Below are positions 27,601 through 38,301 of a DNA stretch of 38,891 nucleotides, piece after piece. Where the stretch lies: positions 1 to 38,891 of the forward strand of contig JAHLWZ010000953.1 in assembly GCA_020536535.1 (NCBI GenBank). The letters run 5' to 3'. Under the pieces are notes generated by a model. The model saw only the letters and a program-made list of their open reading frames with translations. It did no database searches and was not told the origin of the DNA. Numbering within the stretch: position 1 is the stretch's first letter; each line of letters opens with the position of its first letter. Both the position numbers and the translations under genes were made by a program. The DNA is from Pelomyxa schiedti (taxonomy: Eukaryota; Protista; Evosea).

Positions 27601-29353
27601 TGTAAATGCATGTGGGAAAGGAAAAGTTATACCAATTACAAGGTTGGTTGAGGTGGTTGCTGCTGAAGCTAGAACTTGCTTGAAATAGCCATGCAATACA
27701 GGTGACTTCTCTGTAATGAAGGCATTTAAACATTGCATGAATGCCTCTTTTCCCTTAAAAGTCGTCCCGTTTGAGAGGTTCTGTAAGTCTTTCACATTAC
27801 TCCTTTAAAATAGGAAAAAAAAACTCAACCTGCAGAACTTTAGTAATAAGGATGAGATTTCTCCTAGTTTTTGCAGATGCAGCCTTTCCTTTTGGAAGGA
27901 GACCATACTGTTCCGGGGAAAAGATTGGTGGGTTAAAGTACCTGTATTATGCATTCATGTGTAAAAAAAAATAAAGAAAGAAAAAAGTACAAACCTCAGC
28001 ATTAAGAAACTACCAACGATTGGCAGGAAGTTTATCTCAGGGTAATGTTGTTTCGAAAGTTCTGAGAAAAAAAGAGCAATTATCCTTGCTGTTGGTCAGA
28101 GGAAAGTAACCACTGGGTTTGATACTTTATTCCTGGGGGCATTTTGTCAACATTTGATGTGGAAGTTAATTTTGACAAGAACGTGTCAATTTTGGCAGTG
28201 AGGAGGCCCTTGTTTGTTTCAATTTCTTCAGAATTTTCGACTTTACTGATTATAACACATAAAAAACCAGCTTTCAAAAAAAAAAAAAAAAACACACCTG
28301 GGGTCAACTTCGTATGACAATTTTCTTTCAGTTATGCATATCTCATGTAAAATTGGGCCAAGCATGTCATTAAGGTATTTGCTTCCCACCTTTCCTGTTC
28401 AGCATAAATAGTCCGTTGTGAGGAAAGATTTCAAACTTAGATAAGACTTGATAATTTTCGTGGCAATAGAATTTTCTCTAAACAATGAACCAGGTTCAGA
28501 GGCGGCATGTTGCTCAAACTCTGCTTGAATGAAATAACGTACAAATCTAAAAATAAATCAGGATCCTCTATGCTTTTACAAAGATACGGTAGTGTTGTCG
28601 ATCTGGCAAAAGTCATGGTCAACAAAGAATCAGCAATATCCTCCCACTGGTCCTTATTTTCACAAAGATTAAAAAACTCAGGCAGGACGCTTGAGGTGAC
28701 ATATTGCAGAGTCAGAAGCAGAAAATAATACATAAAATAAAGAATTGGAGGGTAAAAAGTTCTAAATAACAACAATTTTGAAGGAAACCGAAATCGAAAA
28801 CGAAAGCAGACGAAGAAGTTGGGCACCTCGGGCAATTACTGATGAAAAAGTGGAATATTTCCTGCAGCAAGTCGCTCTCCCTGGGGCTGTACATCAAGTT
28901 CCCCTGTTGGTGCTTGTCCACCGTGGTGTCAGGCACCGTCGACGTCCTCGTGGGCTGATAGAACACCACCGTCCTCCGCTTGTTGCTCCTCTCCTCCGCG
29001 TGCGTTGTCGTCCCTGACCCTCCCCCAGTCGATCCAACAGGAGAAGAAGACGACGACGCCGAGGCCGAGGCCGATGCTGATGCTGATGTTGATGTTGATG
29101 CTGATGCCGACGCCGATGAAGATGACGAAGTGGTGGAGGGCGATGGCGTGGGGGTGGAGGAAGAAGCTGGGGGGTGGGGGTGCAGCGTAATTGTGGGAGG
29201 CGACATCAGCACCGACGGGGCCGTCGGCGAGGGCGTCGCGGGCGGAGACAGGACCGAGGAGTACGACGTCGGCGACGCAGACGACGACATTGACGAAGAC
29301 GAGGAAAACGACGACGACACGGGGTGAAGAATGGGAGTGCTGGGGCTCGACAT
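24628..29353 (-). CDS. RasGAP domain fused to a CARMIL-like PH domain and LRR solenoid (multi-exon)
   Basis: RasGAP arginine finger GSLFRENSIATK, FLMLR|YFNPPIFSP, RRNLILITKVLQ|NLSNG...KEAFM. CARMIL-type PH (KKVILIIGMNRIF, EGHSLDLLEL). RI-like LRRs (ILRHNSYFLSL, LDISHNRFGD, ALAHNRSITELDISGHQFGNSGAIAL, IYWDDN). Ser-rich N-terminus. Confidence 0.85.
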
Positions 29354-29710
29354 CTGTTTTCTCTTGTATCGTTTCTATGGGGGGAGAACCACGAGCCGCC
29401 GCGCGCTGTGTTTTGTGTTGTTGTTTCTTTTGTGTTGAGGCTGTGCTTCTTTTCCTTTGGCTGTTCAAAAATGGGGAGTTATTTTCACCGATACGCGAAA
29501 AACCCTAAACAAAGCAAAATACCGGTTTTCGCCTAACAACATTCCGCACGCATTTGATGGAGTTCCACGGTTTGTGGCTCCGTTGCAATAAAGGGCTATT
29601 GATTGTTCAGCTTATTCGTGCTCTTCGTACATAGGTACAAAAAAAAAGGGTCTACGCTGTACAGTATTCCTCAGACTTGGAAAAAAAGTCATAACGGCTA
29701 GCTGGTGTGG

Positions 29711-31037
29711 CTACCCAAAGGTTTGATAGTCTGGCTTCTTTTGCACGTGGGTTATCCCTTTTTTGCGGCACTGTGTGCAGGTAATGAGGTCAATGTATGA
29801 GGTTCGGCAGGAATCGTTGAAGAGCACAAATAGTAAGAACATAACTGTGCCTTGCGAGGCATCGGTCATGGTCATTAAGCAGATGTACCCATAGGAGCAG
29901 AAAAAATCCCCGATATCATCACTCACAAATTCATCAAAGCGGTAGATAACCCCGGGCAGCCTCAGAATAATGAAGCATATTGGCACTAATGAGAGTTTGA
30001 TAAGTAATGCACGTGACGCCAATAATCGTGACAGTGGCTATTTGAGATGTTAGTCTCTAGTTAAAAAAAGTACTATAAAGTTGGTTGTAGGTGCCCGCCT
30101 AGTTAAAGACCTCATAACGTGCACGTGTAGTTCTATGAAGACGCAGCAGAAGAAACATCGTTAGTATCCACACAATGAAAGCAAACACCATGTTCAGGAT
30201 CAGTGGCAAGTAGTAGCTCATACGCCACTTGTAAGCAGTAAAGGGAATGAAGCACCAGGGTGCATCACCGCTCTCACCTTCAACTCCAAAGCCCATGATT
30301 ACAATACAAAGAACAGCAGGTACACCCCAGCTAATAATATGGAAGAAAACTACCATGACCTGCAGTAAGGTGTCATATGGAGAAAACTAAGGTCATAGAA
30401 ACCTCAGTCTTCCTTGTGTTAATTGAGTCGTACGCGCGGTTCGAGTTTGTTTGAAATGAATATAACCGGTAAACGTGCACAAAAACATAAAATCCAACAC
30501 AGCTTGTCCAAAAAAATGAGCTTACAGCTACATAAATGCCTTCATGATGTCAAAAGTAAAGAACGGACTTTTTATGCACACCAAAAACTGCAAAGAGGGA
30601 ACACCAGGGAGTATCATAAGTAAGTGGCTGTATCATAACCGTACAAAAGAACAATCCTTGAACTGCTCAAAAATAAGTGATGATTTCACCTTTTTTTTTG
30701 TGTTTTAAAATGCATCAAGATCATAGCACACGCATGTCAATAAAGCTGAGGCACGTAACTAAAGCCCGAGGAGGTGACCTCAACCGCTTAAATAGTATAT
30801 AGGACAAGAAAACGAGGAATCCACCCTACTTCGAGTATGTTGTTGTGAAAAAAATCGCCGGTGATCACTAGAGACACGCACAATAGCAGAAAGAAGTCCA
30901 GAAAAGAATGCAGTGTAATTAATTGCCGGGCCCTCCAAAGAGCACGACGGTTGCGCCCCAGAAGAGTCTGACACAAGGGACGACACCCAAGACCCAGACG
31001 AAGACGACGACACCAATCCCGGGCTACCGTCACTCAT
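29711..31037 (-). CDS. G-protein-coupled receptor, cAMP-receptor-like (CAR/Crl) family (multi-exon)
   Basis: Multiple hydrophobic segments. FFHIISWGVPAVLCI...APWCFI, YYLPLILNMV, KLSLVPICFIILRLPGVIYR, DASQGTVMFLLF. Confidence 0.85.
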
Positions 31038-31222
31038 CCCCCCACCCGTTTCCTTTTTTTTTTTTTTTTTTGCCCAGGTCCCACTTCGTGTAAAGCAGAA
31101 CGACGATCAGTCGCGCAAAAGATACGGAAACAAACCAAGTTGGGGCACAAGAGGCCTGTTTTTTTGCACCAAAACACAGACGGTGTGTGGTTCGATACGC
31201 AACCTTGGAGCAATACCTGGAT

Positions 31223-32284
31223 CTAAGAGGATTTCGAGGCATAGAATCTGATGCTGCAGTCTCTGAGGAGCGCGACCGGGTGGGCGTCGTAATTAGCCTT
31301 GTCGGCGGCACTCCAAGAGTCCCCCACGACCACGCCAAGGAGGGCGTGCGGGGGCCCAGAGTCCGCCCCGGTCTTGCTCACCTTCCTGGACCCGAACATC
31401 CTCAGGGCCCGGCCCAGCGCGTTGGCCTCCCCATACACCCCCCGGTCCAGTGCCTTGTCCCACCCATTGCTTGGCGTCGGTATCCCTGTTGTTGCTGCAC
31501 CAGATGCGGCGGCAGTAGTGGTCGTGGTAGTTGTGGCTGTTGTTGACGCTGCTGCTGCTGTTGTTGCTGTGTCTGTGGTTGTGGCTTTTGGTGATGTGGG
31601 TGTGGGCTTGGATTTAGGTGCTTTTGTTTTTGGTGTGGGTGATGAGCTGTTGACCAGGAGGGTGAGGAGCTGGGCGTGGATGGCGAGGGCGTCCTCGACT
31701 GTGACCGGGAAGTTGGGGCACCTGAGGTGCACCCCAGTGCGCACAAGAGTCTTCGTGGAATCAGGCTGGGGCCCCCCGCTCGTCAGCAGCACTCGTTCCG
31801 GGCCTCGATTCAGCACGTGGTTGCAGGCGGACTGCGGGCGGGTATAAAGTTAGTGTTGGCCGTGGGTGTGTGGGGATGGTGAATTTCTAAATTATTAGAG
31901 TTGGGGGCACCAGCTAACCTGCAGCAGTTGGGCGACGGCGAGGACGTGGTCGCCGAGAGGTTGGGTGTGTATGTAGTCGAAATCCACGTATAGATTGAAT
32001 TGTGGGACAGTTGCAATCTCGGAGATGTACTTGAGGCTTGTGTCGTGGGCGAAAACCTGTGTGTCATTCAGGGGAAGACAAAGATTTTTTTTTAAAAAAA
32101 ACAAGTACCGTGTAGAACTCATCAAGGCGCTTCTCATTCACATAAATGAACCGGGCAGAAGAACCACCCACAGCCATTTGTAAGTGGCTTATAGGGCGAG
32201 AGCGGCTATAGTGATAGCAATGATGTGTAGTTAGCCAACCAGAAAGGGACTCAGTAGGCACAGTGCTTGGCGGGGATGTTGGAA
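31223..32284 (-). other. Archaeo-eukaryotic primase (AEP/PrimPol) domain resembling large-DNA-virus type
   Basis: SHLQMAVGG, YISEIATVPQFNLYVDFDY (motif I hhhDhD), RTGVHLRCPNFPV (motif II His), WDKALDRGVY (motif III), LRMFGSRK, C-terminal CSIR. Confidence 0.8.
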
Positions 32285-35200
32285 CTAGTGAAATGTTAAT
32301 ACAATGCCCAAACATTTGAAAGTGGTGAAAAATTAGTGACCTGTGGATGGGCTATATGGCTGCAAGCGGATTGCGGTTGGGCATTCTTCAAACCGGGACA
32401 TCATGGCAAACAGGTCTTTGAACGGCACAGAGTGTTTGCCTCTGGAGTGGAACATCCCTGCTGCATCCTGATTTGAACATACGAGTTCAATAACAACTGA
32501 CTTGTAGGAATGACTCTTTGCCTCTTGCAGATAAGTGGTATAATCTTTCAGTTGCAAGTTTGTATTATCAACCACTACGATTTGTGCGTTTGACTGTAAG
32601 GCCGCTGTAAATTGTGCATGACAGTGCTCATGAGCAGCAGCTATTCGCTCGATAGAGAAAGACTCTGCGTATAGACGATTTCTAGTAGCCTCTTGTGCAG
32701 CGGCATCACCGTCATAGAATCCAAGCTGCTTCAGCTTGCGCTTAGGCAGATTTCCACCAGTTTCAAAAAAGGAATCAGCACTACAAATAGCGACATCTTC
32801 CTCACCCGAACGGGAGCAAAGAAGAGAAGTAAGATGGGACTTGCCACTTCCAGGTAAACCACGCATTATAATAACAACAGTGTCACCACAGCACCCCATC
32901 ATTAGGGAATCAATGATCTCTCTTGCCATTGAACGCTCCCCAGTGCACTCATTGGGGCTCCATTGAATACCGTCAGCTGTCACCATACCATCCACAGCAC
33001 CGGCGCCAAGATCATCTGGACTCTCACTTACAAATTTCAGCCGCCGGTAACTTGATGCTTCAGTAACGCGTTGAAATTCATCTTCCTTCGTTTTTCCCTT
33101 GTCTTTGTTGCCCTTGGCTTTTTTACTCTCCTCATCAAGATCAGCTGCACTTGAGACAATACGAAATTTTTCTGTTGTACTCTGCTGTTCCTGTAAATTG
33201 GCACGAACAGTATTCCAGTTCTTTGGGAGAGTTACAATCAATTGTCTGTTTGGCTCTCGCCCCTCACTGTATGCCTCTAGTCCATGTTTCTCTGCATATT
33301 GGTGTATCATATATCTTTCAGTGCTTGTTAATTCACCCCGTTTAAAGCGCAAATGTTCTCCAGGGTTTCCAAATTCTATGAGCTCATTGATCTTAGCAAG
33401 GGCTTTTTTGGGGATCTGAAGGCATGTATCCTGAGGGCACTTCACAAGGACACCAATTTTTCCTTCCAGTTTGATGCACAAAGGGTTGTCTGGCTTAAAT
33501 TGAGACACAGGTGAAGCATTGATGAGTGTATTTGAGTAGTCCGAAGCAGTTCCAGATGATGTGGAGATGGTTATGTGGGGCCAACTAGAGCAGTGACTGA
33601 AAATATTTGCTAAATCTGGAATAGTTTCTTCACTTGCTTCCTCTGTTTCATTGCTTGCATCTTCATCTCCAGTCTCATCAGTGTCATCTTCACTTTCATT
33701 CTCGCTACTATCCTCAACTGCTGTGGACTTGTCACCATTTTCGTCTGTATCACTGTCGCTCCCTTCATTGTCCTCATCAGAGAGGGTATCAGGACTTGCT
33801 GCACTCTTGGCAATTGGCTCTATGTGTGCCAACAACTCCACCAATACAGCTTGGCCCTGTGAATCGTGCACCTCGCTGGTGACCCTGAGTTGGCATTGAA
33901 TGCCTACAGGCAGTTTTTCCAACCATTGACTGTCAGGCTTCCAACTAAGTGTAACATGGTCTGCAGCAACATTTTTGTGTAGAGGTGGAAAGGTGGAGAG
34001 CAATATTTGTCTAGATTCCTCAGAGAGGAATATTCCGGCATACTCAACAACGACAGCTTCGAGAGCGACAAATTCTTGTTGCTCCTGTTGGGAAGAGGAA
34101 GGTGGCGACGAGCGAGGGTTTACATACTCCCGCTGATGCCGCTGTGAAGTGGGTAATATGTGAGAATTCAGCACACTGATTACTCTTTCTAGGGTAGGGG
34201 TAGAACAGAAAGCATCATATAATTCCTGGTTGTGAAACAATTCATTAGTTCAAATTATTACCCTTTTCAAGGGAAAAACCAACAAAACGGCAGCATCAGA
34301 GGCAGCGTAATTTAGTTGTGCTTGGGTGAGGGGCCGTTGCTCCCAGTTGGATGCTTGCAGAGCTTTAGCTTTAGACATAGTCTTTCCCAAAAATTGTTGT
34401 GCAACGTAACCCAATGATACCTTGTCCCGGGTTTGCATTGACACATGGGCTGCAATAACTTGAAAATCGAGAACAGGTGTCACAGAGCACTCAAAGCCCA
34501 GTCGCGGTATATCCTCTCTCAATCCAAACCCAAGTTTCAATACACTTGCATTAGCAAGCAATTTCTCTATGCAGTCAGTAATTTTAGGCCCAAGAGAATG
34601 CATATCAATCACAAAGACGAAATAGCGGAAGGCTATTTGCATGATAGAGGCCCGATGTTGCTTTCGGGTAATAAGTACGTTGTGCGCTGGGGTTGAGCCA
34701 TAATCTTCTGGCAGCCATTCAGCATCGAGCCCAACTACAGTGGCGTGGGTGCTGCACTCACTCAACTTGCTACAACTAAACAGGTGTTAGAGTGCTTGGA
34801 CAGGAAATGGAATTTCACCTTTCTCTGTTATCTTCAGTTACAAAAACTACCTCCTGTGAAAGAACAAATGTAGAGGTGTGTGATGCAGACACGTCAATTA
34901 GCTTTTGCAAGTCTTGCCGGAAATTGGTACTGCTCACACTAAGCATAGAAGACATCTGCTTAATTGTCTCTGCCGCACTAGTGTGGTGCACAAATATGCC
35001 TCCACCAGCCTCCCAGGCATTTTCTTGCTCTGGGTTATCGTCAATCAGCACATGGAGTGGACCAGAGTACCTGGACTTTTCGCTTGTGGCACATGTTATC
35101 ACTGAAATAGTACCCCCAAGATGTTGGGTACACCAACTCTTCTTTTGTAATGCCACTTTTTTACCAAACTTTCCAGAGGGTCCACCTGTTAGAATGCATA

Positions 35201-38200
35201 TAGAAAGGCTGATACCCTCTGTGTGCGATTCTGCAACACTAGAGAGAAACTTCCACAGTTCAACACCATCTTTAGTCCAGTCCAATTTCTCAAAGAATGA
35301 TGGGAGCAGCTTTAACTTGTGCCAAAGTTCTTCTTTTGTTAGTTCGTAAGGATGACGTTGGGTATTTGCAAAAACAGCATTGCTGAAGTCGGCAAGGACA
35401 TCATCAAGGTCAAGGAAGATTTTAAAATGCCTTTCCTGAGATGCTGAATTTTTAAGCACAGGATGCGCTGAAATTTCTAGTAAGTCGAGGCTAGGCTCAG
35501 GTTCGTGGTGCATATTAATCTGTGCAATTTCAGGTAAGACATCTTCAGTCTTTGCCACAAAAACAGTGGCGTGAGTCTCAAAACTCAGCTTCAATGCCTC
35601 TCGCACACACTTCAAATTGAATGAGGCATCAGTTTGGATTAGCAATCCAGCAAAAGCACCAGTGACATCATTGGGACGCGGCTTGGAAGACTTCTGACTT
35701 AGTTTAGAGGCACCAAATTGAACCATGAGGTTTGCCCATTTTCTGTCCCCATAGTGGTCAGTGAAACCTTCCGCTCTTGGTGGCTGAAGATCGATTCGAA
35801 GATCTATGAGCCCTTTATTTGCAAAGAGCTCCCACATCCCCTAAGAGAATATAAGAATAGTAAAAAAGCCTAAGAAAAGCGTGTTTACCTTGATTTTTCC
35901 TTCACTACGGGAGTAAGTTGGAGAGATCTTTACAATAGTTTCATCATCCACAGCTTTGGGAGACAACCCAAAATAAGATGCAATTTTTCGAGGCAAGTAT
36001 TTATGTAGTACATGTTCTACAACTGGTTCTGCAGCAACTTGAAACGTGCAGACAGCCGCACAAGGAATTGCTATGAATTGTGATGCAGGTAATTCCACGG
36101 GTGGAAGGGTAACGAGAGGAGTGCACCCACTGACTAATTTAGGAGGCCAACAAACACCACTCAGTAGCCCAGAGAGGGCATCCCATTTCCGTGCATGCAC
36201 AAGTTTCTTCATTTGGGTGTAGAGGTCGAGTTGCAGTTGCTTTGCGTTGCAACGTATACTGGAAAGTAGCACAGCGGTATCAAATCCCTGTGCGCAACCA
36301 ACACTCAGTGCTGCCTCCTTGTTTTTCTTTTGATTTCCGGGTAGGACAACTATTGAATGGCCCCATTCCAATAATTCTGTCTGTAACTGTGTAAACGCAG
36401 TTTTCAGTTGCTCCCAAAACGACTGCAAAGTTGAAGCAGATTGTATTTGCTTGGCGCCCTGTAAGATGGCAATACAAGACGGTATGACAGTTTCGGCATC
36501 TTCAGAAAGACAAGCTGTCCATATGGAATCAGGGGATATATCTTGGATGGAAGGGTAATGCTGAAGGAGGAATTGTAAATACGCCACTTTCCCACAGTTT
36601 TTAGCAGCGTAAGCCTGTGATGTGTACCACTTCGTCTTCACCTTGAGCATTTTGCCTGTATCAGGGAATGTCAACACAACTCCTTCTTTTCCTTGCCACT
36701 GGGACACAATATCCAGAACTTTTTGTAATGATAGAGGTTGGGAATCAGGGCAAAGAGATCGAAATTCCTGCACAGGAACTACAGGTACAGCGTACTTGGC
36801 AGCAGACTCTCGGATCTCTGGTAATGGAATGTAAAACCCTTTCTCATTATTTCGTATTGCTAGTAGAGTGAGAGAGGGAGAACTGTGCTCGATTACGCCA
36901 ACAGGTCTACCAGTTTGACACCACTCAAATAAGGGTGTGAATCCACGTTCTAGCCAGAACTGGGCAAACGTTACGTACTGAGGTGTCCCATTGGTGCCAG
37001 AGAGTGTTTGTAGGTATTTCTCAATTTCTGGGCAAACACTCGTTCTAGTTGCCCATTTCATGCAGGGTGCAGATTGTGGTTTGTCTTGCACCAAAAGGGG
37101 TGAAGCCAGTGACCCATCAATCTTTTCAGTAGCAATAACATTTGGTGGCAAAGAGCCAAAATGTGAGACATTGGTTTCTGGTACTTCATCCACATTCCAA
37201 AATTTCGGGAATCTTCTTGCCAATACGATTCCTGTCAGTGAACTAACTAGTAAACCTCTGCATTCACGCCTTAATGCTCTCATCCACCGTTCACGAGTGT
37301 TGCCATGTGCCACTTCCTCTGGGTCAGGAAATGTTCGACCAACAGAGTCAGTGCTGTAGTCAAACGAGAAAAATCCACCTCGCTCCTTCACCACAAAGTC
37401 ATCACAGCCGTGGATAGATTCAAGGAGGAGTGTTAAAACATTGCCCTGTTTAATGTCGTTAGGTATGATCAGGTTTTCATTGCTCTATTTGTGTGGTAGG
37501 GTTGTGTGTGCATGCACACATTAAACCTGCAGTACGGGCCACAGTCCACAAAATTCGAACCGGTTTTGAGTAGCTTTTGCACTAGGTGAAATTGGAATCA
37601 CATTTTCGGAGGCAGAATTGCTGCCACTGCAACGTTGGCCAACTTCATCAGTAAGTCCCTCTGCCACTTCAGGTGCATTGGTATCACTGGGGGATGCAAC
37701 AACGCCTGCTGGCCAAGGATGCCGTGGAGGTCGTGGTATGTGTGCAAGAGTTTGTGTTGCCATGGGAGAAGAAGTGTTTAGTGCTTGTTTTTCAGAGGCA
37801 GCTGATGCGGCCTCAAGGTGAGCTGTGGTGTCATCATGAATAGGCTCCTTGGGTTTTTCTGAAGTATTGCCAGTGGCAGCCAAAGTATCCTTTTCCGCTG
37901 GTGTGCTTCCACTCTGCTTGGCGATCGTGGGAGGCTTCCTTACACCATCTGGAAAAACGTAGTCCTCTCCCAGTGAAACACTGACCATGGTGTCATTTGT
38001 AAGCCACTTCCTTAGATCACCACGAGGCAATTCTGTGCCTATTCTCTCCCCTGTTTTTCTCAAGTTAACAACAACAACAAAAAAACCATTTGCAACACAA
38101 AGTGAAGTAGAGTGGATAACAACCATTGTTAACGAAGAGCCTCACGTTGACGAGCTGTTTCTTGTTCAGGTTGAACTTCTTGCGGGCAGCATCGACGATT

Positions 38201-38301
38201 GCGTCGTAAGCGGGATCCACTACCACTACCCCACGAGCCACGCCCCTTTTCGCCCCTGACGTAGTGCACAGGCTCACTCGAACTTTGTTGCTGTCCGCCA
38301 T
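31223..38301 (-). CDS. Multidomain nucleic-acid end-repair protein: N-terminal domain, Rnl1 RNA ligase, unassigned domain, HAD nucleotidase, DEDD 3'-5' exonuclease, 2H phosphoesterase, R3H, P-loop polynucleotide kinase and AEP primase-polymerase (9 exons, about 2194 aa)
   Basis: Predicted exons: 38301-38124, 38050-37527, 37445-35889, 35840-34819, 34775-34280, 34225-32341, 32284-32109, 32056-31919, 31831-31223. All introns are GT-AG (43-87 nt) and preserve frame. If intron 32340-32285 is not used, the protein ends at 32333 (about 1889 aa) and the AEP is separate. Confidence 0.8.
32345..32885 (-). other. P-loop polynucleotide kinase domain (N4BP2/AAA_33-like; part of the fusion gene)
   Basis: IIMRGLPGSGKS, ICSADSFF, AAHEHC, VVVDNTN, RGKHSVP...MMSRFE. 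Confidence 0.9.
33228..33370 (-). other. R3H single-stranded nucleic-acid-binding domain (part of the fusion gene)
   Basis: LTSTERYMIHQYAEKHGLEAYSEGREPNRQLIVT (RxxxH). Confidence 0.88.
33450..34045 (-). other. 2H phosphoesterase (cyclic phosphodiesterase) domain (part of the fusion gene)
   Basis: YAGIFLSEESRQILL...ADHVTL and WPHITIS...DYSNTLI supply the two HxT motifs. Confidence 0.85.
34205..34745 (-). other. DEDDy 3'-5' exonuclease domain, RNase D/WRN/EXD type (part of the fusion gene)
   Basis: ExoI VVGLDAEW, IMQIA, ExoII LKLGFGLREDI, ExoIII SNWEQRPLTQAQLNYAASDA. Confidence 0.92.
34960..35430 (-). other. HAD-superfamily 5'(3')-nucleotidase-like (NT5C) domain (part of the fusion gene)
   Basis: IFLDLDDVLADF (motif I DxD), FFEKLDWTKDGVELW, ILTG, KKSWC, EKSRY...LIDD...AWEAGGGIFVHH. 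Confidence 0.88.
36620..37445 (-). other. T4 Rnl1-type ATP-dependent RNA ligase domain (part of the fusion gene)
   Basis: RRECRGLL...LARRFPKFWNVDE, motif I ATEKIDGSL, FTPLFEWC, LTLLAIRNN, motif IV KEGVVL, motif V MLKVKTKWY. Confidence 0.92.

Noticed and set aside
31223-38301. Integrated virus or mobile element as the explanation for the ligase and AEP domains
   Set aside because: No terminal repeats, integrase, capsid or other viral genes. The region has host-type spliceosomal introns and ordinary flanking genes.
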